Assembly: GCF_018977255.1 (NCBI RefSeq)
Contig: NW_024704742.1
Span: 44,208,001 to 44,272,000 of the forward strand
DNA from: Callorhinchus milii
Taxonomy: Eukaryota
Length of the DNA: 64,000 nt
Reading direction: 5' to 3'
Part shown: positions 51,585-63,890 of the stretch, piece by piece
How the letters are laid out: every line of letters begins with the position of its first letter
Position numbering within the stretch: the stretch's first letter is position 1
Position numbers and translations under genes: made by a program
The notes under the pieces: model-generated
Database searches by the model: none
Seen by the model: only the letters and a program-made list of their open reading frames with translations
What the model was told of the DNA's origin: nothing

Positions 51585-52130
51585 GGGTCAGCTGAGTGTC
51601 CGACATGTGTGGAAACTGATCACCGTGCTTAAGAGGATCCAAACCAAGCTGAGATTTGCATCCCACCTACACGTGGAAATTCTGAGATATTTTTTGGAAT
51701 GGAATGCTCTCTCCCTGGAAAGACGTATCCTGCTTACCTAAATCCAGAAAGTATCAGGTGCAGGTTGGCAAGAACCAAGATTTGGGGACTCCAGAATGTA
51801 CATTGGGTTACTGCTGGAGTCTAACCAGCTAAAGTCACATAGCTTGCCATCAGGAGCACTGTCTGGCAAGCTTTCCCACTGCTTGTCCAGCTAGGACCAC
51901 CCTACCCATTAGGGTATTGGCTTGCAGGGTTGAGTGGGAGGGGTTCCTGACCCCAGTGACTCGTCTGCCTTTCTCGGGTCTGCCGATGAGCCAGCCTGGC
52001 GGAGCTGTCATCAGCAGTGCCCTGGAATACTACGGACCTGCCTGGCTCAGGAACTGGACTACCGAGACTACTACAGAGGGCTGGCTCGATTCTGACATCT
52101 TCAGTTCATCTCCCAGGAGACCCTGCTCAT
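51585..52130 (+). repeat. Unclassified interspersed repeat, copy
   Basis: Aligns with 29270-29860. Confidence 0.75.
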
Positions 52131-53295
52131 GTGAGGCAAAGCCATTAGGTAGGGTGGTACTAGCTGGACAGACATTTTGTAGCCTGTTTACTGTTGTTGG
52201 TTTAGTAGAGTTTGTATCCAAATTAACCACCTGCCTGTTGACTAACAAAATCTCAGCGATACCCGTAGACAGAAAAGAAAGTTCTCACTGATGTCTTTCG
52301 CTGTTTTCATTCTCAGCATCACAGATTCCCTCAGTTCATTATTTAATTGCAGCCTAAATTGGCCGGTAAAAGAAATATTGCATTTAAATGGAAACAAATT
52401 ATGGTTGCATATTTGCAACAATCAATGTAAATAGGATAATGTCTTGTGCCACATTGGAAGAGTCTGTGGGAGGACCAGCGCGGTGTGGGCAATGCCGTTT
52501 TTTCTAGTCTGAAGAGTATTTGGGTGTGGAAACTGTGTGCTTGGTGACTTAGTGATCAGCACTTCAGATTTGTGCATGTCCCAGGACTGACCTGGGTTCA
52601 CACAAATTTGAAGTCCTGGTGAAATTTGGAATACTTAATCTTCTAAAATGCTTGTGTCATCAGAATTACCGTGTGCATACATTCTGTTTGCCCCAGTAAA
52701 CTGTTTGTAGAATTATCCCCCTTAGGAGAAGGTTGTTGAAATATATTGACTATCATCTTGGGATACATTGGTATATTTCAAACAACAACCGAATGTTCCA
52801 GAAGGTTTGATATTAAATGGTTTGCTGGACGGGTTGAGGTTAGCTTCTGATTACATTTCATGTTTTCCTGGGAAGATGTTCACTCCTCTGATAAAATGAG
52901 CATTCGGGACCTTGAGCATAGATGTAAGAATAATGGACCACAGAAAGAAAAGGCTGCAGCCTCAGACGCCTGCCTACCTCAAGGCTGAGAAACAAGCAGA
53001 CTGCGGAAGGCTGCCCAGAAGTTGTCCATATCTCTCTCTGTGCAAAGCAGCCTGCGAAGGGTGGGGGCTATCTCTGTGACCAGGGAAGGTGGAGTTAGAA
53101 ACATGTTAAAAAAAGATGCAACTGTGAAATAGTTGCAGTTGTGTAGAGGGTCAGCACACTTCCCAGTGGAATCAATATGGATTCTACTGTGTCCATGTAT
53201 ATGTACAGGGGTAAAGGAATTTACCTCCAGTAAGAAAGTGACCATGAAAATTGAAAGAGCAGGAGTAGTGGGTAATATGTTTTCGATTCTGTCTT

Positions 53296-53615
53296 ATAAT
53301 AATAATAATCCTTGCATTTGATATAGCGCTTTTCACGTCGGGAGGACGTCCCAAAGCGCTTCACAGAACACAGTGTAAAGTGAATTGACTGTATATTTGT
53401 GGGCGAACGCGGCAGCCAATTGCGAACAGCAATGTCCCACAAACAGTTGTGGATTGAAAATGACCAATTTATTATTGTTTTGGGTTTTTGGAGGAATTAT
53501 TATTAGGCTCTGTGTGGAGTAAGGAAACTTGCCCAAGGTTTCACCCTGACTGGAATTGAACTCAGGTCTCTCGCTTGCAAAGCGAGTGCTCTAACCACTG
53601 AGCTACAGGACTCCA
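53296..53615 (-). mobile_element. Young tRNA-Ala SINE, full length
   Basis: Family match end to end. Confidence 0.93.
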
Positions 53616-53954
53616 CATAGGCATAGAAGTACTAACAGTAGCAGTGGTTGGTCCGTTTGAAACACAGAAGTCAGGTTAGACAGTACAGGTGAGGTGCTGG
53701 GCTAAGAGCTGATTGTTTCTGTTGGGTTTCCAGGAGCCACTCTCTGTGATTCTGAGTGACAGTTCTGTAATCTCTCCAGTACGCCAAGGTGTGATCCCAG
53801 GTCTACTGTTTAGTCTGGAGTACGAAACGGTGCCTTGGAATGCTTCATCTTGTAAATCAATGCTTGTGTTATCAGAATTACCATCTGCGTACATTCTGTT
53901 TGCCACAGTAAACTGTTTGTAGAATTATCCCCCTTAAGAGAAGGTGTAATCCAT

Positions 53955-54312
53955 GTGTCAGCCTGGCTCATTTGATAGCACTCTTGCCTCGTAGCCGGAA
54001 GGTTGTGGGTTTAAGCCCCATATTGAATTGAACTGTAAGCTGACACTCCAAGGCAATGCTGGGAATGTGTTGCATGGTCTGAGGTGCTGTTCTTCAGATG
54101 AGACTTTAACATGCCTGTTGAGATGGATGTTAAAGATCGTATGCTGCTATTTGAAAAGAGAAGGGAGTTTCTCCCAGTGGCCTGGCTCACAATCCTCCAA
54201 TTGGTCTACCATGTTTGCCTACAAATACATGGTCACAATAAATCCCGTGAAGGGCTTTGGAATGTCTTCCAAGCATGAAAGGTGCTATAACAAATGCAAG
54301 CATTATTATTAT
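53955..54312 (+). mobile_element. Deu-domain SINE
   Basis: Head, GAGGTGCTGTTCTTCAGATGAGAC core and tail. Confidence 0.7.
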
Positions 54313-54821
54313 TTTGCAGACTAAGTTGTTAGCATAGTGAACATTGCAGAGCAGTAAGGTTGAAAAGGTAGTAAGTAGATTAAGGCCCATTCTCCAATGA
54401 AATAATTATATTGTAATAGTTGTCCATTTAAAATTTTCTAAAAAATTTACATTTCACAGAAGAAAAGATCTTGTATTTTTATAGCACCCTTTCACATTAA
54501 ATGTCATATTTCAGTTTATAGTATTTACTGTTAATTACTGCAGTGAAAGCATGGATGATGGTTTTGGATGTGTTGGGGGATGAGATAGGGTGTAAGTTAG
54601 CAATGTTCTGGAGATGGAAGAAGTTGATCTCGTACAGGAGTTGATGCAAAGATTGAAGCAGAGGTGTAGGTCAAACAAAAAAAAGGCTGTGCAATAGCTC
54701 GGTTACTGTTTTTAATAAAATATCTCTTCTCAATTAATCTGTTATTTTTTGCTGTCTGCTTACATTCTGATTTTATTTCTTGTGATTTCTCTCCTGTTTC
54801 CTCTATTTCCTTCCATTTTGG

Positions 54822-55170
54822 AGTTAGCCCAGTTCAGTTGGTAGCACTCTCACCTCCGAGTAAGAAGGTTGTGCAGTCAAGTCCCACATCGGGGTTAAAC
54901 TAAGTTCTCGTCCGCCTGTTCAAGTGGATGATGAAAATTCCATGGCACTATTTGTCCTGGGCAATGTCCCCAAATAAAATTGGTCACTCATTTCATGGCT
55001 GTTTATTGGACATTGCTGTGTGCAAATTGGCTGACATTTTCACCTATAAAATACAGTCACTACACTTTGCAGTATCTACAGTAAATCCTGTGATGCTCTT
55101 TGAGATGTTCTCCGAACATGAAAGGTACTACATCAAATGCAAAGAGTATGAGGATTATTATTTGTTATTA
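54822..55170 (+). mobile_element. Deu-domain SINE
   Basis: Head CAGTTGGTAGCACTCTCACCTCCGAGT and core CCATGGCACTATTT. Confidence 0.7.
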
Positions 55171-55732
55171 TTACTGTGCACAAATTAATTGCTGTATTTG
55201 CCTAAAAATGCAGACACTACAATAAATCCTATGCAGTGCTTTGATGTCTGAAAGTGAAAATATTAAATGAAAGGATTATTATTTATCTTTGGTTCTTATC
55301 TTGTATTCCCCACTTTTTAAATATGTTCTTTTGTTTTGGACTATTTGATAACCCAGATCTAATTGTACTTGATGCCTGATAGAGTCAAATGTCTCCTGAA
55401 ATTGCCCCAAATTCTTGAAGAACTTACACAATCTTGTGTCGTTTGATCTGAATCTCAGCAGCCATTTTTGCAGTTCCCATGGGTGCTGGGAGTCCTCTCA
55501 GTCAGGGAATTTTTGGATTTAATCTGTAAGAAAATATCAGTTGATACAGGGGTAGAAACACTGTTAAAGAGACAAGGTATTCATTGCGTGGGAGCAGCTT
55601 TGCGAAACAGAATATCTGAACAGAATGATAAGCGACTGTCACTGGGCTGAGTAAATTGTAGTTTCATCATTCAGTGTTATTATTGCATGCAGGCCACAGA
55701 TCTGCAATATTTAGATTAATATTTACATATTG

Positions 55733-56178
55733 GGTCAGTCTGGTTCAGTTGGCAACACTCTTACCTCTGAGTCAGAAGGTTCAAGTCCCACATCGGTACT
55801 TTCAATTCACATAGCCTAGGCTGCCACCACAGTGCAGGGCTGGGGTGAGTTGCAATGTCGGAGGTGCCATTCTTCGAATTAGATGTTAAACCTGGGTCCT
55901 GTCTGCCTGTTCAAGTGTACGTTAAAGCTCCCATGGCACTACTCGGAGAGAAGGGAGTTTCTCCAAATGACCTGGCCAACAATCTCCCAGATACAATTTG
56001 GTATTTAATTTTGGCTGTTTGTACAACTTATATTAGTTTATATTGCTATGTACAAATAGGCTGCCATGTTCATCAACAGTTACCGCACTGTACAGTAACA
56101 AGCACTGTTATGCTTCCTGTGTGATTTCCTTCTGATACAAAAGGTGCTACATCAAATATAGGGATTGTTATTATTACT
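55733..56178 (+). mobile_element. Deu-domain SINE (SacSINE1/AmnSINE1-like), near full length
   Basis: tRNA head, TGTCGGAGGTGCC...GTTAAACC..GTCTGCCTGTTCAAGTG..CCCATGGCACTA..GGAGTTTCTCC..CCTGGCCAAC, and an L2-type tail. Confidence 0.8.
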
Positions 56179-57404
56179 TAAATGATGTTGCACAAAGTTT
56201 GAAATCATGAAGCACATTGATTTCCTAAGGAATTTTTCAACTTTCTAATTTGCATGACAAACAATTGTGTGAGCATATCTAGATTTGTATTTTTTACCGT
56301 TTAATGGATATCAACCTGTCAAATATAAACATAAATATGAATATCAAATGGAACTGAGATGCTGAAATAGGGAGTTCTCTGAAATGTTCATTAAATTTTA
56401 ATAAATGTGTAGGCAGAGGTCAAAATTGCTACTGCTCTGACTAGCCAAGACGATTTAATTTGGAGAACGGACTAGATTTGGAGAATTAACCAGAAGTGGG
56501 AAAAAACAGTTGTAATCTGCTGCCTCCACAATGATTTGTTTTGCCTTTTGAAACATCTCTTTCTATTACAGATAATTGGGGTGGAGGAAATTGATCCCCT
56601 TTCCCCAGCAATCCATGATTCCAGAAAATGTGATTTTTATTTTAAATGTATTTAATGAATAATAATAATCAATCTCTGTCTGTTTTAATAAATCACAGAT
56701 TTCTATACGCTGCATTAAAATCGCATTGCAGTACAGTAGATTAGTGTTTTTAAAAAGAACTCTCCAGTGGTATCATTATTATGTAGCCCCTGTTGCTAAG
56801 AGAGCTTTATTCCAGGCAATACCTTGTATGATAGATGGAATCTCTGTGCTGTATAGAAAATTGCAGAAGGAAATCGTGTTCGACACGGATGTGTTTTCTG
56901 GCAGCGGGCAGTGGAGGTTTCCATCAGGAGAAAAAAAAACACTTTAAAATGAAGAGAACAGGCACCCTCTTGCAACAAGTTTGTCTAGTCTCATTTTGCA
57001 CTGTGAATTGTTGATATCGGGATCTATCATGTGTTGATTCGACTAAGGCCTGTCTCAAGATGTACCTTTGGTCTTTCCCCTCCCATCCCCAACTCAGGTT
57101 CCCAGCCAGCCGTGTCGAGTGCTTTGGGATGTCCTTCTGAAGTAAAAGGCCATTATAATTGTACATTTGAATTGTATTGTTGATTCTTCTCATTTATATT
57201 ATTTATATAATTCTTACATTTATTATTAATAATGCTCACAAAAAGGTGCAACAAAAATACTGCTTTTTCTTGCAATCTATGCATGCTGGATCCCTTTATG
57301 AGGAGCTTGGCATCCTACCTTAAGGAGAAAATATGTGGTTGAGTCATCTTGGCCCAGTGATGTAAATCGTAACTGGTGGTTATGGAGTACTCTAAGGTGG
57401 ATTG

Positions 57405-57670
57405 ACTGTGCATTCTGTGGGCATTTTAGACGGGTTTTGAAAGCGGAGAGTGAAGACGCAAGTCAAAGGAATTTAGGGAGAGAGTTCCAGAATGGGGACA
57501 AAGTAGTTAATAACATGGCCACCGATGGGGAGGTGGGGAATGTGAAAAAAAANGCTGGTATTAGCAGAGTGCAGGGAGTTGGCAGAGGTGTAGACATGTG
57601 ATATGACATCATCGAAGTTGGGTGTAATAAGTAAGCGGAGGCATTTGAAGATTATAATAAAGATCTTGGA
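57405..57670 (-). mobile_element. Old L2 fragment
   Basis: AGGGAGAGAGTTCCAGA...CCACCGATGG...GATCTTG matches the reverse of the L2 ORF2 end. Confidence 0.55.
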
Positions 57671-57769
57671 AAGTAACTGGTGATTCTTATCAGTATCCCA
57701 GCGTTGTGGTAGACACTGTTTGTTTGGACAATCTTCCTGGTGGGACCACACTGAGAAAAGGTGAAGGGC

Positions 57770-58170
57770 ACTCTGGTTGTTCTTGGATCTTCAAGGACAA
57801 CAAGTTTCAATGCAGATAAAGCTTAAGACATTTCCAAACAATTCTTAATAGTTCTGAGCTCCTGGGAATGGACTGGAGGGGTTTCCTCCAGCACATTTGT
57901 AAAGTCCAGAACCAAATTGTAAGGTGGATTTGTGATAAACAGGGGAAGAATGTAGTGAGAATGGGCTCTGGCCTACACTTTGCTGAGCACCGTAGGAGTC
58001 TCGTCAACTTCACAGTGAACACAGTTTTTTTTATTAAAACTGTATTATGCAAATTAGCTTTGAGTAAACCTGGTGTGCAGCATAGGACTTGGACCTTTAG
58101 AAAGGTGGCTGCCACGTCACAAGCTGTCCTGTAAAGGTTCTCCCACTTCACTGAAGACAGATGTCTGCCA
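57770..58170 (+). mobile_element. Old LINE remnant, possibly the RTE-like RT thumb region
   Basis: WIFKDNK/VSMQIKLKTF/TILNSSELLG...KVQNQIVRWIC resembles the RTE-like ISLKTKLRLY..ILLYGSETW pattern. Second copy at 21850-22405. Confidence 0.5.
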
Positions 58171-58339
58171 AATAGCTAATGAGGAAATTCTGAGCCTTGG
58201 GATGACAGATGCTGGAAATCATTACATAGAGTTCAGATTTCCAAATAAAAGTTCATATATCCAGAGCTTGGAATCCACTTTGATTGGTATGCTGAGGAAG
58301 TTGGTGAAAATGCTCTCAAATCGGCTCTTTGATCTCATA

Positions 58340-58530
58340 TAGTCCAGGTTGGTATTCCATTGCAGCACTGGGGTGTACTGCATTGTTGGAGGTGCTGTCC
58401 TTCGGATGAGATGTTAAAACAAAGTCGTGTCTGTTTGTTCAGGTGGATGTTAAAGGTTCTGTCAGTGTGCTCCCAGTATGCTGTCCAACAATCTCCTAGA
58501 TAAAATTGGTCATTCACTTGGTGTACAAAT
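58340..58530 (+). mobile_element. Deu-domain SINE core
   Basis: TTGGAGGTGCTGTCCTTCGGATGAGATGTTAAA...TTCAGGTGGATGTTAAAG. Confidence 0.7.
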
Positions 58531-60591
58531 GAGTTGCCCTGTAGCCTCTCTAGTGATACACCCATCACTGGAGTTTACATTGAAATCCTATAAAGAGCTT
58601 GGAGTTGTCTTCCTGATTTATATCTGGACTGTTATGTGAGTATCGGTGGTAGATGCTATTTTATAGGCAAACATGACTGAGTAGTAGCAGAAGGTCTATA
58701 ATAAAAATCTTTGCATTTGATAATAATGCATGTAGACTAAGGAGCAGTAAAAATTGTAGAATACAGTATTGCTTCAGATGCTCAGAATCTATCATCACAA
58801 TAAATATACTTCTCATTGCAATCCACACTGCTCCCAAATAAATGGGTATGCAGATTTTTAAAAAAAAATTACTCGGCACTGCTGAAGTGCTTTTGTTAGG
58901 AGTTACCCTGCAGCTTTCTCTTGGCAGAACCTAAAAGATTTGCCGCAGGATGTTCTACCGCTTTAAAGGGGGGAGGGGTGTCCAGTGAGTGGAAGCCTAG
59001 TTGTTGCTGCAGAAGCTGAGCAGCAGATTAAGTGCCTGCCTGTGGCATACTATTTATTGGAGGATGCTCTGTGGGTGCTGGGGGCACAGTGTGTCTAGTT
59101 CGACACACAGTTCTCACACACTGCAGACTTTAATTGTGTCTGAAGGGATGTACAGTGATCCCTGATCCATTGCACAGCCCAACATGTGCAATCTGGTTTC
59201 TGAATCTATCAATAACTACTTGTGGTTGACACAGTTAATCTGAAGTAAAATGATAACCTGGCATATCAATCATACTTGGTATGTAAATCGGTACATCTGG
59301 TATCATTGCAATTATTTGTGTTTAATATCTCTCTCAGTTAACAAATAAATGTTTATTTAGGTGATTTCTAGAGAGATTAACTTTTGAAGGAATTTGTAGT
59401 TCTGTATTTAATTTATTAACCCTCCAGCAATTGGAAATTTTAGCCCAAATTAGGAAGGTTTGAAAGCAGTTTAAAAACAAGGCAGACAATGCAATGCCTC
59501 TCAAAACATAAAGATTATTTACTCTGTATTGAGGAATACAATGCTTTTGTTAATATTGTGGGGAGTAGAATGACTAACCGTGCAATTAATGATTAATAAT
59601 TGTAATTGTTTATAATTGAATGTCTAATTTCTATTAAAGTCATCAACACACCATGCTTTATGCTGCCATTTTATTGCGGGCAGACTGAATCCGCAAATGT
59701 CTGTCCACCTATGGCTGCAGCTTTGACCCTGTTTTTCCAGATGGTGCATAGTTTAGTGAAAGACATGATAAACTCACTGATCTGACTGCTGTTACAGTTG
59801 ATTTGGAGTGAGGAAAGACATGCCAGCTTTAAATGCGTCTTCTGCATAGTGAATCAAACAGGGTGTGGGTGAGCAGCAGCTCTTTACAAAGACCCCTTTA
59901 TTCTAGGCTGTTGTGCTGCCCAAAATGAGCGTCTGAATCCAACAATGCTTCAGTGTCATGCACCGGCTTGTGAATTGTGATTGGAGTAGAGAGACTTGGC
60001 GTACAAAGGAAGCTCTACTGTTTCACATTGTGCATTCCAGCAAAATCTTGCTAAAGATGTGCTCCGTTGGCCTGCAGATTCATCAGCAGCCAACATTGTT
60101 CGAGTCCTGAATTAGATATCTTCGGGTTATGGGGGTACCAGTTTTTCTGCAAATGCTGCAATGCAGTTTCCTTAATTAAATGCTGCTGATGATTGAAAGA
60201 ATGCAGAATGTTTCATTAGAAAGTAGCCAGTCCTAACACATCCAGTTAGGCAAAATTAAGTTTAGAATTTAAAGCGGTTTACTTTCCAGACATTGTTGGT
60301 GGTACAGCAGGCTTGTTGCAAAATGTTCAAATCTATCACAAAAAGGTTTGACATCCTGAGTTTCCGTATATATTTTCAAGTCAACACTTGGCGAATAACT
60401 GAACCTCATTCTTAAAGTTCATCTAACCAATTGACCACATGAAATGTTTGCAGCATTGCACTTGACTCATGAGTGAATGAATGGGAATGAATCCTCATTA
60501 AAGGCTCTAGCAACAAATGTGTTTCATACAGTACAAAATTATCTTGTCTGTGCTAATGCAATTCTAACTGGTTGCTATGTAACAATATTAA

Positions 60592-60957
60592 TACATAATA
60601 TTACTTGTGTTTGATATAGCACCTTTCACTTCATCAAGACTTCTCAAAGTGCTTCAAAAATACACTGTAAAGTGTTGTGACTGTGTGTGTTTTGTGGGCG
60701 AATGCGCCAGCCAATTTGTGCACAGCAATGTGCCAGGAAAAGTAATGTGATGAGATTTTTATTATCCACTTGGAAAGGCAGACAGGATCTCAGTTTAATG
60801 TCTCATCGATGGGCAGGACCTCCAATAACGCAGCACACCTCCAGCACTGCATTGGAATGTCAACATAGATTATATGGGTTTCAGGTCACAAAGTGGGGCT
60901 TGAACCAACAACTTTTTGACTCCGAGGCAAGAGTGCTACCAATGAAGCCGGGCTGAC
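60592..60957 (-). mobile_element. Deu-domain SINE
   Basis: Tail, GGCAGACAGG..GTTTAATGTCTCATC core and GAGGCAAGAGTGCTACCAA head. Confidence 0.75.
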
Positions 60958-62191
60958 AAAAGGAGAAAACAAAGTAGGAATAATCCTGACATTGCTATAA
61001 TAGAACCTTGAATTTGGTAAAGCTCTCTGAATTTTGATGATTGTTGGATGTTTAGAGTTCTGGCTGTTGGCCAGTTGGACTTTTTTTTATGTGGACAGCA
61101 TGAAATCAAGCACATCAGATTTGAGAGGAGGTTGTTTTAAACTATCTTAATGCTGTATTGTCCCCAAAGTTACCACAATTTTTCTCTCTCTTGTATAAAG
61201 AGAGTTACTGATTCTCCCAATTCAATTTTTCTGAAGGAAAATTACACATTTTGCAGAAGCAATTTTAGGAAATTTGGGGCTTAACATTTCTCAACTAGCT
61301 TTGGATTTAGCTTTAAGTCCAACGTCTTAAAAGTTTTGTGAGTGTAGAGAACTATAGAACGTTCTCGAAAACTGGAAATTAAGACTGTTTAGAACAATTT
61401 TCCAAAGATCGGTAAGATTTTAAAGTTTAAGATAACAGTCTTAAGAGTAAGTCCTGAGGTTTTGGGGGAATTTAGATTTTTTTTGTGTACTGCAGTTGTT
61501 TGTGTTTAGCTTCTGGGTTATCAATCTTATTGGCAGAAGCCCTGGAATGAATGATGACATTCCACAAAACCTCTTTAAAATTCAGTTCTCCTGGAGGAAT
61601 GCACAGCATGAAGAATGCACTGCATTCACAGCAGCGAGACGCCTTCAGCTTTGACCTAAGAGACAGTCTAAGTGAGCAAAGCATCCTGAGCAAAGTATGC
61701 AAAAAAAAGTTGACCTTTGCAGATACTGGAGAAAACCGTTCAGGCGGTTAAGCTGCGTTGTGAGGTTGCAACTGCATCTCAGAACAAGGAAGTAATGCAC
61801 CAATGTAAAGAGGCCCTTTGTAATCTGAATCAAGTTTGCTGCTGAGCTGTACATTTGATTTCTGCTTGCACCCTAGTGCTGTACTTGTACATGAAGAGTC
61901 CTGGAGATAGTTTATTTAATTCTTCCTTTTTTAATACAGATGCAAATTAACCACCTTACTATGGAAAGATATCTCTTATATTAGAAAATAATGTCTGCAA
62001 TTTTATGTTGTTTCTCTTACTTTCCAAAATATGATTCACTTTAGGTATTACAACTCTGTCCCCAAGGCTTGTCAACGAACCATTCTGACCCTCAAGCATA
62101 AGATCCTATGCACTCTGTGAAATTACATTGATAGACTCGTGTAGTGCTGGAGTTGATAATCTTGCAAACATTATGAGATCATGTAAAAACG

Positions 62192-62512
62192 TGGAGCCCT
62201 ATAACTCGCCCCGCAAGTGAGAGACTTGGATTTGGTTCTCATCAGGGCGAACTTTGGACAAATTTCCTTACTTCACACGCTTCTGTTTACCTAGCATAAG
62301 TAGAAACCCGGTTGTTAGTTGATTGGTGGATTGCTTTTCTGGGAGTAATAATTCCTTAAAAAATATTGTCACTCAATCTATATGTGCAATTGGCTGCCAC
62401 GTTTTGCCCACAAAATATACAATCAATTCACTTTACAATATATTCTGTGAAGCGCTTTGAGACATCTCAAAGACGTGAAAAGGCGCTTTATCAAATGCAA
62501 GGTTTATTATTA
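62192..62512 (+). mobile_element. Older, longer tRNA-Ala SINE subfamily
   Basis: Contains the CTGTTTACCTAGCATAAGTAGAAACCCGGTTGTTAG segment. Confidence 0.8.
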
Positions 62513-62715
62513 CGCTGAATATTATCTATCTTTATAGATGCTAGATATGGAAAACTATGCACACTAGCATAATTTTCAATACTGAGCATAATTTTTTGTC
62601 TCGATGCGCAATCAGTGGTATCATAGGACTGAGAACTGATTTCTTGCAAGCTTGTTCGTTCGTGGTAACTATTAGACACAATTGAAAACAAAACTTGATT
62701 TCTCCAGTACATAAT

Positions 62716-62970
62716 TACAACCTACACTTACATTGCACCTTTCATGTTGGGTGGACATCTCAAAGCAAATCATGAACTTTTTTTGGGGGGGTGGGGGGAT
62801 GACAGTAGCTGAAAGGGCAGTTGAAAAGATTGGTCTTCAAACAAGTTTTGAAAGAGGAGGGAGGGACAAGGTGGAGGCGGCATGAAGTTCCAAAGGGCGG
62901 AGGCAGAATGGCTGAAAGCTTGTCCACTGATGATGGGATGAGGAACGTGAAACAGGCAAGTGTTCACCAA
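62716..62970 (-). mobile_element. Old L2 3' end
   Basis: Reverse reads PIISGQAFSHSASALWN, followed by the tail. Confidence 0.7.
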
Positions 62971-63890
62971 GCACTTGCGGCAGAAAAGTCACAGGAGGCA
63001 CAGAGGTCAAATTCAAGAGACATGCAAAAATATGAATGAGCAAGGTATCGCAAGGACTCAAATTTTCAGCCAGTTGTGGGAAGGATGATCATTATCCTTC
63101 ATCCTGAAAACATATATGACGTTTCGTGGGAGCTAGTTCAGCTCCAAGGAGACCTTGCTTACTCCCTTGACTTCCCGTCCCCCCAGCCCACTCACCCCAA
63201 GGAGGATGGTCATGAAGCTTACAAACCTTCTTAACATTGACTTAAAAGTCAATGTGAAATTACTACCTCTGCTTGCAGATAAACAGCTACGGACTGGCAT
63301 AGACACAAAAATGTTTGCTGTTTTGTTTGACTCGGCATATCTTTTGCATTCAGAAGATACCAGGGTAGTCACACCAGCATTGCTGCTCCTATATTTAGGC
63401 CATAAATATATGCAAAGCTCCATTTAAAAAATATACAAATTGTTAGAAGCTCATTGTATTATGGTGGAACTAGGAAGCTAGGCACGCCATGACAAGTTTG
63501 CTGCAAATGCTGCTGATGACGTAGGTGGTGTGTGGTTTTGTATATGTACGTACGCTAATTTTATTACCTTGGAGTATCTGTGGTAAGAGGGTTATCAGAA
63601 CTAAAAACAGTACTCAATTGTATCCGTTTATTGTAGTTTTGTTTTGGACCCGGAAACTGTTTATTTATAGATACAAGTTCATCACAGGAAGTTACTCTTT
63701 ATCCTCTATAGCTTCAGTCAACATTTAGCCACAATTTTGAATGCTGTTGATTTGTACCAGTTGGAAGTAAGATTGTGTTTAAAAACCTGAATAAACTTGG
63801 GGGACATGCAGGTCTTACAAATCATTCAGTAGGAAATAATTCACTTTAGTGCCTGGATTTACAAAGGGGTCTTAGAAAGTCTATCTAGGT

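Noticed and set aside
61551..61694. 48-codon ORF ending at a phase-0 AAA|GTATGC, a possible alternative first exon
   Set aside because: Weak donor, no family similarity and no promoter evidence. RNA data would be needed.
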